Assembly (NCBI GenBank): GCA_965153355.1
Contig: OZ231126.1
Span: 47,740,001 to 47,804,000, forward strand
DNA from: Flaccisagitta enflata
Lineage: Eukaryota
Direction of reading: 5' to 3'
Length of the DNA stretch: 64,000 nucleotides
The notes under the pieces were generated by a model. The model did no database searches. It was given only the letters and a program-made list of their open reading frames with translations, and had not been told where the DNA came from. A program made the translations under genes and the position numbers. Shown one piece after another: positions 1 through 17,174 of this stretch; position 1 is the stretch's first letter; each line of letters begins with the position of its first letter.

Positions 1-595
1 CTACCCTTTGCCTATGAAAACTGCTTAAGTCCTAGTAACATATTACTACATAAATAAGCTAATATCTCATAAACCAGGCTTCAGATTTAATTCGAATTTT
101 GCAGGGGTTGTTCATTTACTATCCTCTACTTGTATACCAAATTAAAAAAAAATTCAAAAACTTTTACTAACTTTTGCCTATGTAAACTGCTTAAGTCCTA
201 GTAATATATTACTACATAAATAAGCTAATATCTCATAAACCAGACTTCAGATTTAATTCGAATTTTGCAGGGGTTGTTTAATTACTACCTTCTACTTGTA
301 TACCAAATTAAAAAAAAATTCATAAACCTTTACTACCCTCTACCTATGTAAACCACCAAAGTCCCAGCTAAATAATACTACAAAAATAATAGGCAAAGGC
401 TAGTAAAAGTTAATGAATTTTTTGGAAATTTGGTACACAAGCTCCTATTGACCTATTAACAACACCAGCAAAGTTTCATAAAATTCTGAAGTATGGATCC
501 AAAAATATGAGGTTTTAAACGACGACGACAAACAGACTACACGATCACTGCTATCACATAGTCACCGACGAAAACTGTTCGTCGGGGACAAAAAA
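1..595. mobile_element. Helentron-associated (HINE/DINE-1-like) element, partial, with internal 166-bp tandem repeats
   Basis: Units recur at 11, 177 and 343, followed by a (GAC)n tract and the terminal hairpin gtcaccgacgaaaactgttcgtcggggac plus an A-run. Confidence 0.6.
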
Positions 596-812
596 TGAAA
601 AAAGTTGGATATAGATTGAGGTTATCATTGGTTTTTGGCAATCATTGCTAAAATACAGACTGTCAATCATTTGAAAATCATTCAAATCTTCATGAATACG
701 ATAAAATAATGAAATTTTCATGCAGAACTTCTATTCATGATTTGTAACTCTTCATTTAAGACCAACCCCAGGGTTCAAGCTTGCTTAATCAGGAAAAAAG
801 CATTAAAAGAAA

Positions 813-2740
813 AAAGCTTCAAAATTACAGTCCCCGACTGGGGACTGTAATTTTTGAAGCTTTCTCGTTGCGTAAACGAAACTCGATGAGATATACGACA
901 AAACAGCAATTTCAAGAAAAAAAATATTCAATATTGTTTTAATGATGACACAACTTGATAATGATAACAATAGTGGATGATGATGATGATGACAACAATG
1001 AATGATAATGACACCAAAAATCTATGAAAACAAGGCCAAGTAGGCCAATAAAGTGCGACGTGTGGATCGCCGAACGAATGCGTTACCCGACAGACAAACA
1101 GACAGACCAACGGACACAGCAAGTTATAGAGGTGCTTTGTCGCACCTAAAAATATTCAAAAAATTTTCCAAAAAAATTTTTGCAAAAAAAATTTTCAAAA
1201 AATATTTTAAAACTATTTTCAAAAAAAATTTCAAAAAAAATTTCAAAAAAAATTTCAAAAAAAAAATTCAAAAATTTCAAAAAAAAAATTTTCAAAAAAA
1301 ATTCAAAAAAAAATTTTTAAAAATCTTTTAAAAAATTTTCAGAAAGAATTTTGAAAAAATTTAAGTAGTCGAAGATCATGACAGTAGTCGAGGATGATGA
1401 TAGTAGATGAAGATGATGACAGTAGTTGAAGATGATGACAGTAGTTGAAAATGATGACAGTAGTTGAAAATGATGACAGTAGTAGAAAATGATGACAGTA
1501 GTTGAAGATGATAACAGTAGTTGAAGATGATGACAGTAGTTGAAGATGATGACAGTAGTTGAAGATGATGACAGTAGTTGAAGATGATGACAGTAGTTGA
1601 AGATGATGACAGTAGTTGAAGATGATGACAGTAGTTGAAGATGAGGACAGTAGTTGAAGATGAGGACAGTAGTTGAAAATGAGGACAGTAGTTGAAGATG
1701 ATGACAGTAGAAGAAGAAGATGACAATAGTTGAAGATGATGAAAGTAGTTGAAGATGAATCTTGAAATCCATGATGGCAAACCTAAAGAAAAATCAGAAT
1801 GTAATAAATGAGCAAGTAAACGAATTCATCAACTCCAAAACTCTATTCAAATCGCCTAAGTCCTAGTAACATATTACTACATTAATAAGCTAATATCTTA
1901 TAAATCAGACTTAAGATTTAATTCAAATTTTGCAGGGGCAGTTCAATTAATATCCTTTACTTGTATACCAAATTAAAAAAGAATTCACATAACTTTGCTA
2001 CCCTTTGCCTATGTAAACTGCATAAGTCATAGTAACATATTACTACATAAATAAGCTAATATCTCAAAAACCAGACTTCCGATTTAATTCAAATTTTGCA
2101 GGGGTTATTTATTTACTACCCTCTACTTTTGTACCAAATTAGAAAAAAATTCACATACCTTTACCACCTTTGCCTATGTAAATTGCCTGAGTCCTAGCAA
2201 CATACTACTGCATAAATAATAATATCTTATATCTTATATCTAATATCTAATATATATATCTTATATCTTATATCTAATAAACTTATATCTTATATCTAAT
2301 ATCTTATATCTAATATCTTATATCTAATAAACTTATATCTTATATCTAATATCTTATATCTTATATCTAATATCTTATAAACCAGACTTCAGATTTAATT
2401 CGAATTTTGCAGGGGTTGTTTATTAAGTACCCTCTACTTGTATACCAAATTAAAAAGAAATTCATAAACGTTTACTACCCTCTACCTATGTAAACCACTT
2501 AAGTCCCAGCTAAATATTACTACAAAAATAATAGGCAAAGGGTAGTAAAAGTTAATGAATTTTTTTGAAAATTGGTACACAAGCTCCTATTGACCTATAA
2601 ACAACAGCAGCAAAGTTTCATCAAATTCTGAAGTCTGGTTCCAAAGATATGAGAAGGTTTTAAACGACGACGACGACAACAGACTACACAAACAAGCTAC
2701 TTCATAGTCACCGACGAAAACTGTTCGTCGGGGACAAAAA
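813..2740. mobile_element. Second copy of the same HINE-like family, containing a 19-bp minisatellite and 166-bp repeats; third partial copy at about 23620-24560
   Basis: Near-perfect hairpin at 813-863 containing gtccccgac, which is inverted relative to the terminal gtcggggac (2726-2735). Internal (GATGATGACAGTAGTTGAA)n at about 1370-1760 and again at about 23665-24335. Confidence 0.6.
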
Positions 2741-3061
2741 AGATTCTTAGCTGAGACAAATTGTTTTTTTCCATAAAATTGATTCCTTATCAATGCTTTA
2801 ATGACCCCCAACCTATTCAGTTATAAAATCTGAGTTTTGGCATGACAAAATGGTCAGTTGTTACTAACATTCACTGAAAATTTAAAAGCTTTTGGGCTAG
2901 TTGTTTTGGAGCTACAAAGGTTTACTATTTGCCATTTCTATTTAAAGACGGTGTAGAACGAAACGGTCGACTTATGAATTGATATGTAGTTTCGCTACAT
3001 ACTTGACAGTGTGGACTGTGGGCTTTTCACAATACGTCTGCAATTTCATGTTTTTCTTCAG

Positions 3062-3211
3062 GTGATTCAGCGGTTATTAGAGACCAACTTTTCGATCACC
3101 GCGTCATCTGGTGGCGGTGTTGAAGGACAAACCTTCACAGAATATCTACTCTCTCGCCAAACCTTACTGCCCATATCTCAACGAATGGAACCCGCGCGAG
3201 AGGATAATTGA
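3062..3211 (+). CDS. KCTD15: Terminal coding exon of a KCTD1/KCTD15 (tiwaz)-like BTB/POZ protein; no upstream exons recognised in the window
   Basis: Acceptor ttttcttcag at 3052-3061, then phase-0 VIQRLLETNFSITASSGGGVEGQTFTEYLLSR...EDN*. This resembles the KCTD1/15 C-terminal motif VLERL..RGF.I..SCGGGVDSSQFSEYVL.R (from memory, not a database search). Confidence 0.75.
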   Translation: MIQRLLETNFSITASSGGGVEGQTFTEYLLSRQTLLPISQRMEPAREDN

Positions 3212-3970
3212 TTGAGGAAAACGCCATCATCCATTAGACAATCCACTGCGACACGCTTAGAAAATCATTTGCTTTAATATACTTATTCACCGTTGGCTTT
3301 CATCGTCGACTTAAAATCTGTATGAAACCGTAGGCGTAGCTATTTATCCCTAGTGTCATTACAAACCAATTTGAAATACCTTTCCATAGTTTATGCACCG
3401 TGGCACAGTGAGGAAAAAGACGGATTGGCAGTTTAAGACAGAAGTAGCTTAGCTATTGAAAATTAACAGTGACATGCCAATGAAGCCATTCAAATCTGCT
3501 ACTTAGCAAATGCCTTCCGCCTTTCAATCTTTCTAGTTAAGGACCATAAAGCTAACCAGAATGAGACCGTCTTGTCAAATTTGTATTTAATGATGAAATA
3601 TGTGGTTGGGCGCAAAAGAAAAATAAACTGTTATCCATAAAACTTTGATCACAACGACCTTCAAATGGATCCAAACAAAATGAATCAAAACGCTCAACGA
3701 TTATGTTTGAAATACATAGTTAAAACACCAAATGCATACATAGCCATTTAGTAGTCAAGATCCGTGGTGGTAGTTTCTTCACGGCATCGTAAAGCCTCGC
3801 CACTTCGAGAAACGGAAGGAATTGACGTCATGATAGTAGCTATGCGTGATTTAGCTTCGTTTAACAGCTCTTCAGTTTCTCCGCACAAGTTACCGGGCCC
3901 ACTTAAATATATTTGCGACGATGAAACATAAGAATTTGAATTAAGTCCGCGCGTAACAGGTGTCCCCCTT

Positions 3971-5076
3971 TTAAAACGCGAAGAGGAGCAAGAAGGCCAT
4001 CATCAAACAGAAAAGTCCCATGGCTTCTGAAAGAGCGAAACCCAAAATGGCGTAGGAGAAAAGCTGTTGTTTCAAGGAGGGATTACGCGCGTAACCGATG
4101 ATCAAAGAACCGAAAACGCTACCGATACCGGCACCTGGAGGAGTAAAGAGATAGAAAACTATTTTGAACATCACCACTATAGCAAAGATAAATCCCTATT
4201 ATCTCATAGTAGTCATCATCAACGCCGTCAAGGACGTCACGGTCGTCGTCATATTCACCGGTATTCAAATTATCATCGTCATCATCTTTGTTGTACTTTT
4301 GTAGTTATCTACATCGTAATCATCATCGTCATCATTATCTTTATTACCATCATCATCATCTCCATTACCACCAACACCATCTCCATTACCACCATCATCA
4401 TCATCATCATCATCATCGTCGTGGTTGCCATGTGATCATCGTCATGGACGTAATCGAGAACTTACCAGAACCAGCGACTCCAACGGTGGCGGCGCCGGCG
4501 CCGATATACTTGGCGGCGGAGTCGATGTCCAAAGTGCGGGCGCTGGTTTGGAAGCTTCTCACGAGGTTGGGCGCACCGACGGTCAGCGACGAGGACAAGC
4601 CCTGGTAAGAGGCGATTGGGGCGGCGGTGGCGGGAGTGGCAACGACAACGCCTTCCGTGGAGTCCAAGCGCGACCCGAGGCTGCTAGCCAATGGGCGAAC
4701 CGCAGAGCGAGAGCTCTGGGAAGCCTGAATTGAATGGTTAACGATATCATTTGAAAAACCGCGTGAACCGAATAAAAGAGAAAGTAACTGAGTACCAAAC
4801 GAAGCGGGCAGGGCAGGACACGGAATGCATTAGAAAAGAGCGGGAGGTGGTGAAATAAAAAACCGACCCAAAAGGCCCGATAAATATTTATGTTATCGAC
4901 AGTTTAACGGATCAATGGACGGACGGACAGATACACCGACATAAGTATGTGGGATCGGTGGTATCATTTCGACATCTGATATCTTTGTTAAAGATACCCG
5001 AACAAAATTGTTCTACTCCATGAGTGACCAAACTGTTACCTACCATCATGCGAGCGGCGGCAGTGCAGGCCAACAT
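3971..5076 (-). CDS. ATP5MC: Mitochondrial ATP synthase Fo subunit c precursor, 3 coding exons (5076-5044, 4724-4466, 4134-3971), 151 aa
   Basis: Joined exons read [23 protein letters not shown]...[85 protein letters not shown]. Introns are GT-AG (donors gtaggt, gtaagt) with consistent phases; 456 nt total. Confidence 0.96.
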
Positions 5077-5362
5077 TTTGTCTGTTCCTAGTATTTAGCT
5101 AGTAGTAACAATTTTGAACTGAAAATAAAATGAAAAGAAAAATGATAAGCGATAAACGCGGCAAGTTAATATCAAATCCAGTCTGTTTAATTTATCTTTT
5201 TAACGAATGGGCGATTACATATAATCTTTCTCCGAGAAACAAAATATTTCAGCTTCTCAGTTTTCCTCGGGTGAGGATGCTACTAAGATTTAATAATATT
5301 CAATAAGTACGATGGACACGCGCCAAGAAAAAGATAATTCAGTTCGATGAAACAGCCCAAAG

Positions 5363-5564
5363 TCAATGGACATTCCTAGCGGTAGGCGGCCACGAGAAGG
5401 GCAAAGTAAAGTCATGAGCATCGACGTCTTCCAGGCCTCGAGAAGTTGCCCCCCGATGTCGACGCCAAAAGAGCAAGCGTGAGAGCAAATTGCCAACTTC
5501 ATCGGAAAACAAACGGCTCGTAATCGGTAACAGAAAGGCGAAACGTCGCGGCAAATACTTTCAT
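5363..5564 (-). CDS. Possible terminal exon of an AGC-kinase-like (RPS6KC1-like) gene
   Basis: Non-repetitive, GC-richer segment after acceptor ttcttttctgcag (cag at 5565-5567). One frame reads FSDEVGNLLSRLLFWRRHRGATSRGLEDVDAHDFTLPFSW, resembling kinase subdomain XI (S.EA..LL..LL...R.G....EDIK.H.FF..W). That frame has a TGA just after the obvious acceptor, so the phase is unresolved. Confidence 0.3.
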
Positions 5565-5879
5565 CTGCAGAAAAGAACAAGGTCAGGTCACTGTGGGCCG
5601 ACCTTTCTCAGTACCTCAGAGGGCACTTTTATGCCAAAAATGGAGAAACCAAAAACGCCAAAGCTAATCTTTTGTCTATATGATTGATATTAACCAGCCA
5701 TAGAATGATACATAGACCGGAAGTAAGTGCCCACTATGAAATCGCCAGGACTCTGGCTCTGGAACCCAAAATGGGTAAGATCATTTTAGCAGTACCAAAC
5801 GCAGCAGTCCCTGTTTGCTAATTTTCTTCCTTATTCTGGGGATGTACCTAGCAGTTTTGCAGCAGTCCCAAGCTCTCAA

Positions 5880-8800
5880 CATTTTGGGGATGCGCCCAGC
5901 AGTCCCTCAGCAGTCCCCCCAAAGTATCATCTCAACTAAGATGGGGATGCACCCAGCAGTCCCTTAGCAGTCCCTCCTACCCTAACTTGGGGATGCGCTT
6001 AGCAGTCCCTCAGCAGTCCCTCTTACCCTAACTAGGGGATGCGTTCAGCAGTCCCTCAGCAGTCCCTAAAAAAAAATCTCAGTATGATAAGTATGTCGCA
6101 ACAGTATATCTTTAACTAGCATGGGGATGCATCTAGCAGTCCCTCAGCAGTCCCTATTACACTAACCTGGGGATGCACTCAGCAGTCCCTCAGCAGTCCC
6201 TCCTTAAGAACAACCCAATATGTAAAGTATGGCGCAGCAGTATAACTAACTAGCATGGGGATGCATCTAGCAGTCCCTCAGCAGTCCCTGTTACACTAAC
6301 CTGGGGATGCACTCAGCAGTCCCTCAGCAGTCCCTCCTTAAGAATAACCCAATATGTAAAGTATGGCGCAGCAGTACAACATCAACTAGCATGGGGATGC
6401 ATCTAGCAGTCCCTCAGCAGTCCCTATTACACTAACCTGGGGATGCACTCAGCAGTCCCTCAGCAGTCCCTCCTTAAGAGTAACCCAATATGTAGAGTAT
6501 GGCGCAGCAGTATAACTTTAACAAGCATGGGGATGCATCTAGCAGTCCCTCAGCAGTCCCTCCTTAAGAGTAACCCAATATGTAAAGTATGGCGCAGCAG
6601 TATAATTTTAACTAGCATGGGGATGCATCTAGCAGTCCCTCAGCAGTCCCTATTACACTAACCTGGGGATGCACTCAGCAGTCCCTTAGCAGTCCCTTAG
6701 CAGTCCCTCCTTATGACTAACCCAATATGTAAAGTATGGTGCAGCAGTATAACATTAACTAGCATGGAGATGCATCTAGCAGTCCCTCAGCAGTCCCTAG
6801 TACACTAACGTGGGGATGCACTCAGCAGTCCCTTAGCAGTCCCTCCATAAGAATAACCCAATATGTAAAGTATGGCGCAGCAGTATAACATTAACTAGCA
6901 TGGGGATGCATCTAGCAGTCCCTCAGCAGTCCCTATTACACTAATCTGGGGATGCACTCAGCAGTCCCTTAGCAGTCCCTCCTTATGAATAACCCAATAT
7001 GTAAAGTATGGCGCAGCAGTATAACATTAACTAGCATGGGGATGCATCTAGCAGTCCCTCAGCAGTCCCTATTACACTAACCTGGGGATGCACTCAGCAG
7101 TCCCTTAGCAGTCCCTCCTTAAGAACAACCCAACATGTAGAGTATGGCGCAGCAGTATAACATTAACTAGCATGGGGATGCATCTAGCAGTCCCTCAGCA
7201 GACCTATTACAAAAACCTGGGGATGCACTCAGCAGTCCCTTAGCAGTCCCTCCTTATGAATAACCCAATATGTAAAGTATGGCGCAGCAGTATAACATTA
7301 ACTAGCATGGGGATGCATCTAGCAGTCCCTCAGCAGTCCCTATTACACTAACCTGGGGATGCACTCAGCAGTCCCTTAGCAGTCCCTCCTTATGAATAAC
7401 CCAATATGTAAAGTATGGCGCAGCAGTATAACATTAACTAGCATGGGGATGCATCTAGCAGTCCCTCAGCAGTCCCTAGTACACTAACATGGGGATGCAC
7501 TCAGCAGTTCCTCAGCAGTCCCTCCATAAGAATAACCCAATATGTAAAGTATGGCGCAGCAGTATAACATTAACTAGCATGGGGATGCATCTAGCAGTCC
7601 CTCAGCAGTCCCTATTACACTAATCTGGGGATGCACTCAGCAGTCCCTTAGCAGTCCCTCCTTATGAATAACCCAATATGTAAAGTATGGCGCAGCAGTA
7701 TAACATTAACTAGCATGGGGATGCATCTAGCAGTCCCTCAGCAGTCCCTATTACACTAACCTGGGGATGCACTCAGCAGTCCCTTAGCAGTCCCTCCTTA
7801 AGAACAACCCAACATGTAGAGTATGGCGCAGCAGTATAACATTAACTAGCATGGGGATGCATCTAGCAGTCCCTCAGCAGACCTATTACAAAAACCTGGG
7901 GATGCACTCAGCAGTCCCTTAGCAGTCCCTCCTTATGAATAACCCAATATGTAAAGTATGGCGCAGCAGTATAACATTAACTAGCATGGGGATGCATCTA
8001 GCAGTCCCTCAGCAGTCCCTATTACACTAACCTGGGGATGCACTCAGCAGTCCCTTAGCAGTCCCTCCTTATGAATAACCCAATATGTAAAGTATGGCGC
8101 AGCAGTATAACATTAACCAGCATGGGGATGCATCTAGCAGTCCCTCAGCAGTCCCTAGTACACTATCATGGGGATGCACTCAGCAGTCCCTTAGCAGTCC
8201 CTCCTGAATAACCCAATATGAAAAGTATGGCGCAGCAGTATAACATTAACTAGCATGGGGATGCATCTAGCAGTCCCTTAGCAGTCCCTATTACACTAAC
8301 CTGGGGATGCACTCAGCAGTCCCTCAGCAGTCCCTCCTTAAGAGTAACCCAATATGTAGAGTATGGCGCAGCAGTATAACATTAACTAGCATGGGGATGC
8401 ATCTAGCAGTCCCTTAGCAGTCCCTATTACACTAACCTGGGGATGCACTCAGCAGTCCCTCAGCAGTCCCTCCTTAAGAATAACCCAATAAGTAAAGTAT
8501 GGCACAGCAGTATAACTAACTAGCATGGGGATGCATCTAGCAGTCCCTCAGCAGTCCCTATTACACTAACCTGGGGATGCACTCAGCAGTCCCTTAGCAG
8601 TCCCTCCTTAAGAACAACCCAACATGTAGAGTATGGCAGAGCAGTATAACATTAACTAGCATGGGGATGCATCTAGCAGTCCCTCAGCAGACCTATTACA
8701 AAAACCTGGGGATGCACTCAGCAGTCCCTTAGCAGTCCCTCCTTATGAAAAACCCAATATGTAAAGTATGGCGCAGCAGTATAACATTAACTAGCATGGG

Positions 8801-9408
8801 GATGCATCTAGCAGTCCCTTAGCAGTCCCTATTACACTAACCTGGGGATGCACTCAGCAGTCCCTCAGCAGTCCCTCCTTAAGAGTAACCCAATATGTAG
8901 AGTATGGCGCAGCAGTATAACATTAACTAGCATGGGGATGCATCTAGCAGTCCCTCAGCAGTCCCTATTACACTAACCTGGGGATGCACTCAGCAGTCCC
9001 TCAGCAGTCCCTCCTTAAGAATAACCCAATAAGTAAAGTATGGCACAGCAGTATAACTAACTAGCATGGGGATGCATCTAGCAGTCCCTCAGCAGTCCCT
9101 ATTACACTAACCTGGGGATGCACTCAGCAGTCCCTTAGCAGTCCCTCCTTAAGAACAACCCAACATGTAGAGTATGGCGCAGCAGTATAACATTAACTAG
9201 CATGGGGATGCATCTAGCAGTCCCTCAGCAGACCTATTACAAAAACCTGGGGATGCACTCAGCAGTCCCTTAGCAGTCCCTCCTTATGAATAACCCAATA
9301 TGTAAAGTATGGCGCAGCAGTATAACATTAACTAGCATGGGGATGCATCTAGCAGTCCCTCAGCAGTCCCTCCTAAAGAGTAACTCAATATGTAGAGTAT
9401 GGCGCAGC
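5880..9408 (+). repeat. 136-bp satellite array, left Foldback arm (continues at 14543-14772 and 16615-17178)
   Basis: Period of 136 bp (cccaatatg at 7264 and 7400), built from about 46-bp subunits with an 11-bp AGCAGTCCCTC core. Confidence 0.97.
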
Positions 9409-9779
9409 CAGGGTGGCAGAAAATTCTATAGGTCCAAGGCACGCTTTTTTCCCAACGCTATAAGTCCGACTTTCGGTGTTCCCCTTGTGATATCACATAC
9501 TATCAGATTTATCATGCCTTCTTACCCATGAGCAAAGCTAAACAAAGACATCTAGTAGATAAGCAAAGACAATTTGGAAAATGGATTTTAAATTTCAACA
9601 AAAAATACAGTTGACTTCTGTAGAAATGACTGACATTGCCTTTTGGTTCAATTCGATGTCCTACTTCTTAAATACAATTTCATTCAATAAAATATGTAAA
9701 AGAATTTAAGCTTCGAAAATGAAATTGATGAAAAACAAGGCCGCATACACGGCTACCCCAGTCGCGTGTGGGTGGGCAG

Positions 9780-13229
<3,450 letters not shown>

Positions 13230-13535
13230 GTGGGCAGGGGCTGTTTTTGAGGTCGCTTGATCATTTGGGCAGGAGCAGTGAGGCCAAAGACCACAAAAGC
13301 CCAAAAAAGTGTGACGGACAGACGGACTGACGGACCGACAGACGGACGGACCGACAAAGCGGGGTGTAGAGTCGTGTAGCACACGACTAAAAATTCAGAC
13401 TCAAATCTATTCAAAAGCAAAATCAGATGTTTAGGCCTAAGAAATGATGATCTCACACTTATAGGTTAGATTGAGAAAGTTTGTTTTTCTGAATGTGTTT
13501 TATGGAAAACTTGGAGTGGTGCGCATAGTCAGCGG

Positions 13536-13659
13536 TAGGGATGTGGAAGCGATTGACCGCTTCCATTTTGGAGGATGGGATAGCTACTAGTATTTGTACT
13601 ACAAAATGGAAGCGGAAGCGGTGGAAGCGGCTCTAAAATTGACCGCTCCCACATCCCTA
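13536..13659. mobile_element. hAT-like MITE, 124 bp
   Basis: TAGGGATGTGG...CCACATCCCTA; perfect 8-bp TSD GTCAGCGG. Confidence 0.85.
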
Positions 13660-14341
13660 GTCAGCGGGGCTTCTCAAGGCCCTCTTCCATTTATTTCAGT
13701 TTGGGTATGGTGAGGGATATTGTTCCACTTGTCATACAACTCCCCTAAGCGAATATTCCTCTTAACAATACCTAATAAACCTAATTTTAAAGAACAAGGC
13801 CAAGTTATGGCCAATAAGTGCGCCTCGCTTGATTAAGAATTTGTGAATGAACGTCTTTGATGAATGAATGAATCAAAATGAATGAAAATGGATGTGGTAA
13901 AGCATGAGAGGTGATAGGAATGAAGAAAAACGTCAGGATCAGCCGTTTTGCACATTTCAAATGTTTGCGTTACCAACAAACCAAGCAATCAACCAACCAA
14001 CCAACCGATGGACATGACCTCTTATAGAAGTGCGAGGACGCACCTAAAAATATTCTGTAAGCAAAAACAGGGATTAGAAATGATCATTCCCAATATGGAA
14101 TAAACTTAAATTATGGAATTAACTTAAATTTGACAATTTGTGGCCCCAAGTGTTGGCAAGTGAATTTAACTTGTGACGTAAACAAGGCCAAGTAGGCAAA
14201 GTAAGTGCGCCGTGTGGTTCATCAAACATTTGCATTACTGACTAATAACCGACCAATCAATCAACCGACTGACCAACGGACACGGCTCCAGCTGTAGCAT
14301 GTAGCGCACTAAAAAAACATCGTTTTTACTCTTCAGATTTT

Positions 14342-14396
<55 letters not shown>

Positions 14397-14772
14397 CTCT
14401 TTTTCCCTCTCTTTCTTTTTTCTTTCTTTTTCTTCTCCCTCTTTTTTTTCTCTCCCTCATATCTATAAGTCCGACTTTTGATCTATTGGTCCGAGGCACA
14501 ACGTGCCCCGCGTGCCCCTGTTTCTGCCACCCTGGGCACAGCTGTATAACTTTAACAAGCATGGGGATGCATCTAGCAGTCCCTCAGCAGTCCTTACTAC
14601 ACTAACCTGGGGATGCACTCAGCAGTCCCTCAGCAGTCCCTCCTTAAGAGTAACCCAATATGTAAAGTATGGCGCAGCAGTATGATTTTAACTAGCATGG
14701 GGATGCATCTAGCAGTCCCTCAGCAGTCCCTAGTACACTAACCTGGGGATGCACTCAGCAGTCCCTCAGCAA

Positions 14773-16606
<1,834 letters not shown>

Positions 16607-17174
16607 CTCAGCAGTCTCTCCTTAAGAGTAACCCAACATGTAAAGTATGGCGCAGCAGTATGATTTTAACTAGCATGGGGATGCATCTAGCAGTCCCTCA
16701 GCAGTCCCTATTACACTAACCTGGGGATGCACTCAGCAGTCCCTTAGCAGTCCCTCCTTAAGAATAACCCAATATGTAAAATATGGCGCAGCAGTATAAT
16801 TTTAACTAGCATGGGGATGCATCTAGCAGTCCCCCAGCAGTCCCTATTACACTAACCTGGGGATGCACTCAGCAGTCCCTCAGCAGTCCCTCCTTAAAGT
16901 AACCCAATATGTAAGAGGGCGCAGCAGTATAATTTTAACTAGCATCGGGACTCTGTGCAGTCCCTCGCAGTCCCTATTACACTAACCTGGGGATGCACTC
17001 AGCAGTCCCTTAGCAGTCCCTCAGAATAACCCAATATGTAAAGTATGGCGCAGCAGTAACATTAACTAGCATGGGGATGCATCTACAGTCCTCAGCAGTC
17101 CTATTACACTAACCTGGGGATGCACTCAGCAGTCCCTCAGCAGTCCCTTCATAAGAATAACCCAATATGTAAAG

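Noticed and set aside
4140-4460. His/Ile-rich ORFs overlapping ATP5MC
   Set aside because: (CAT)n-rich intron 2 read on the opposite strand.
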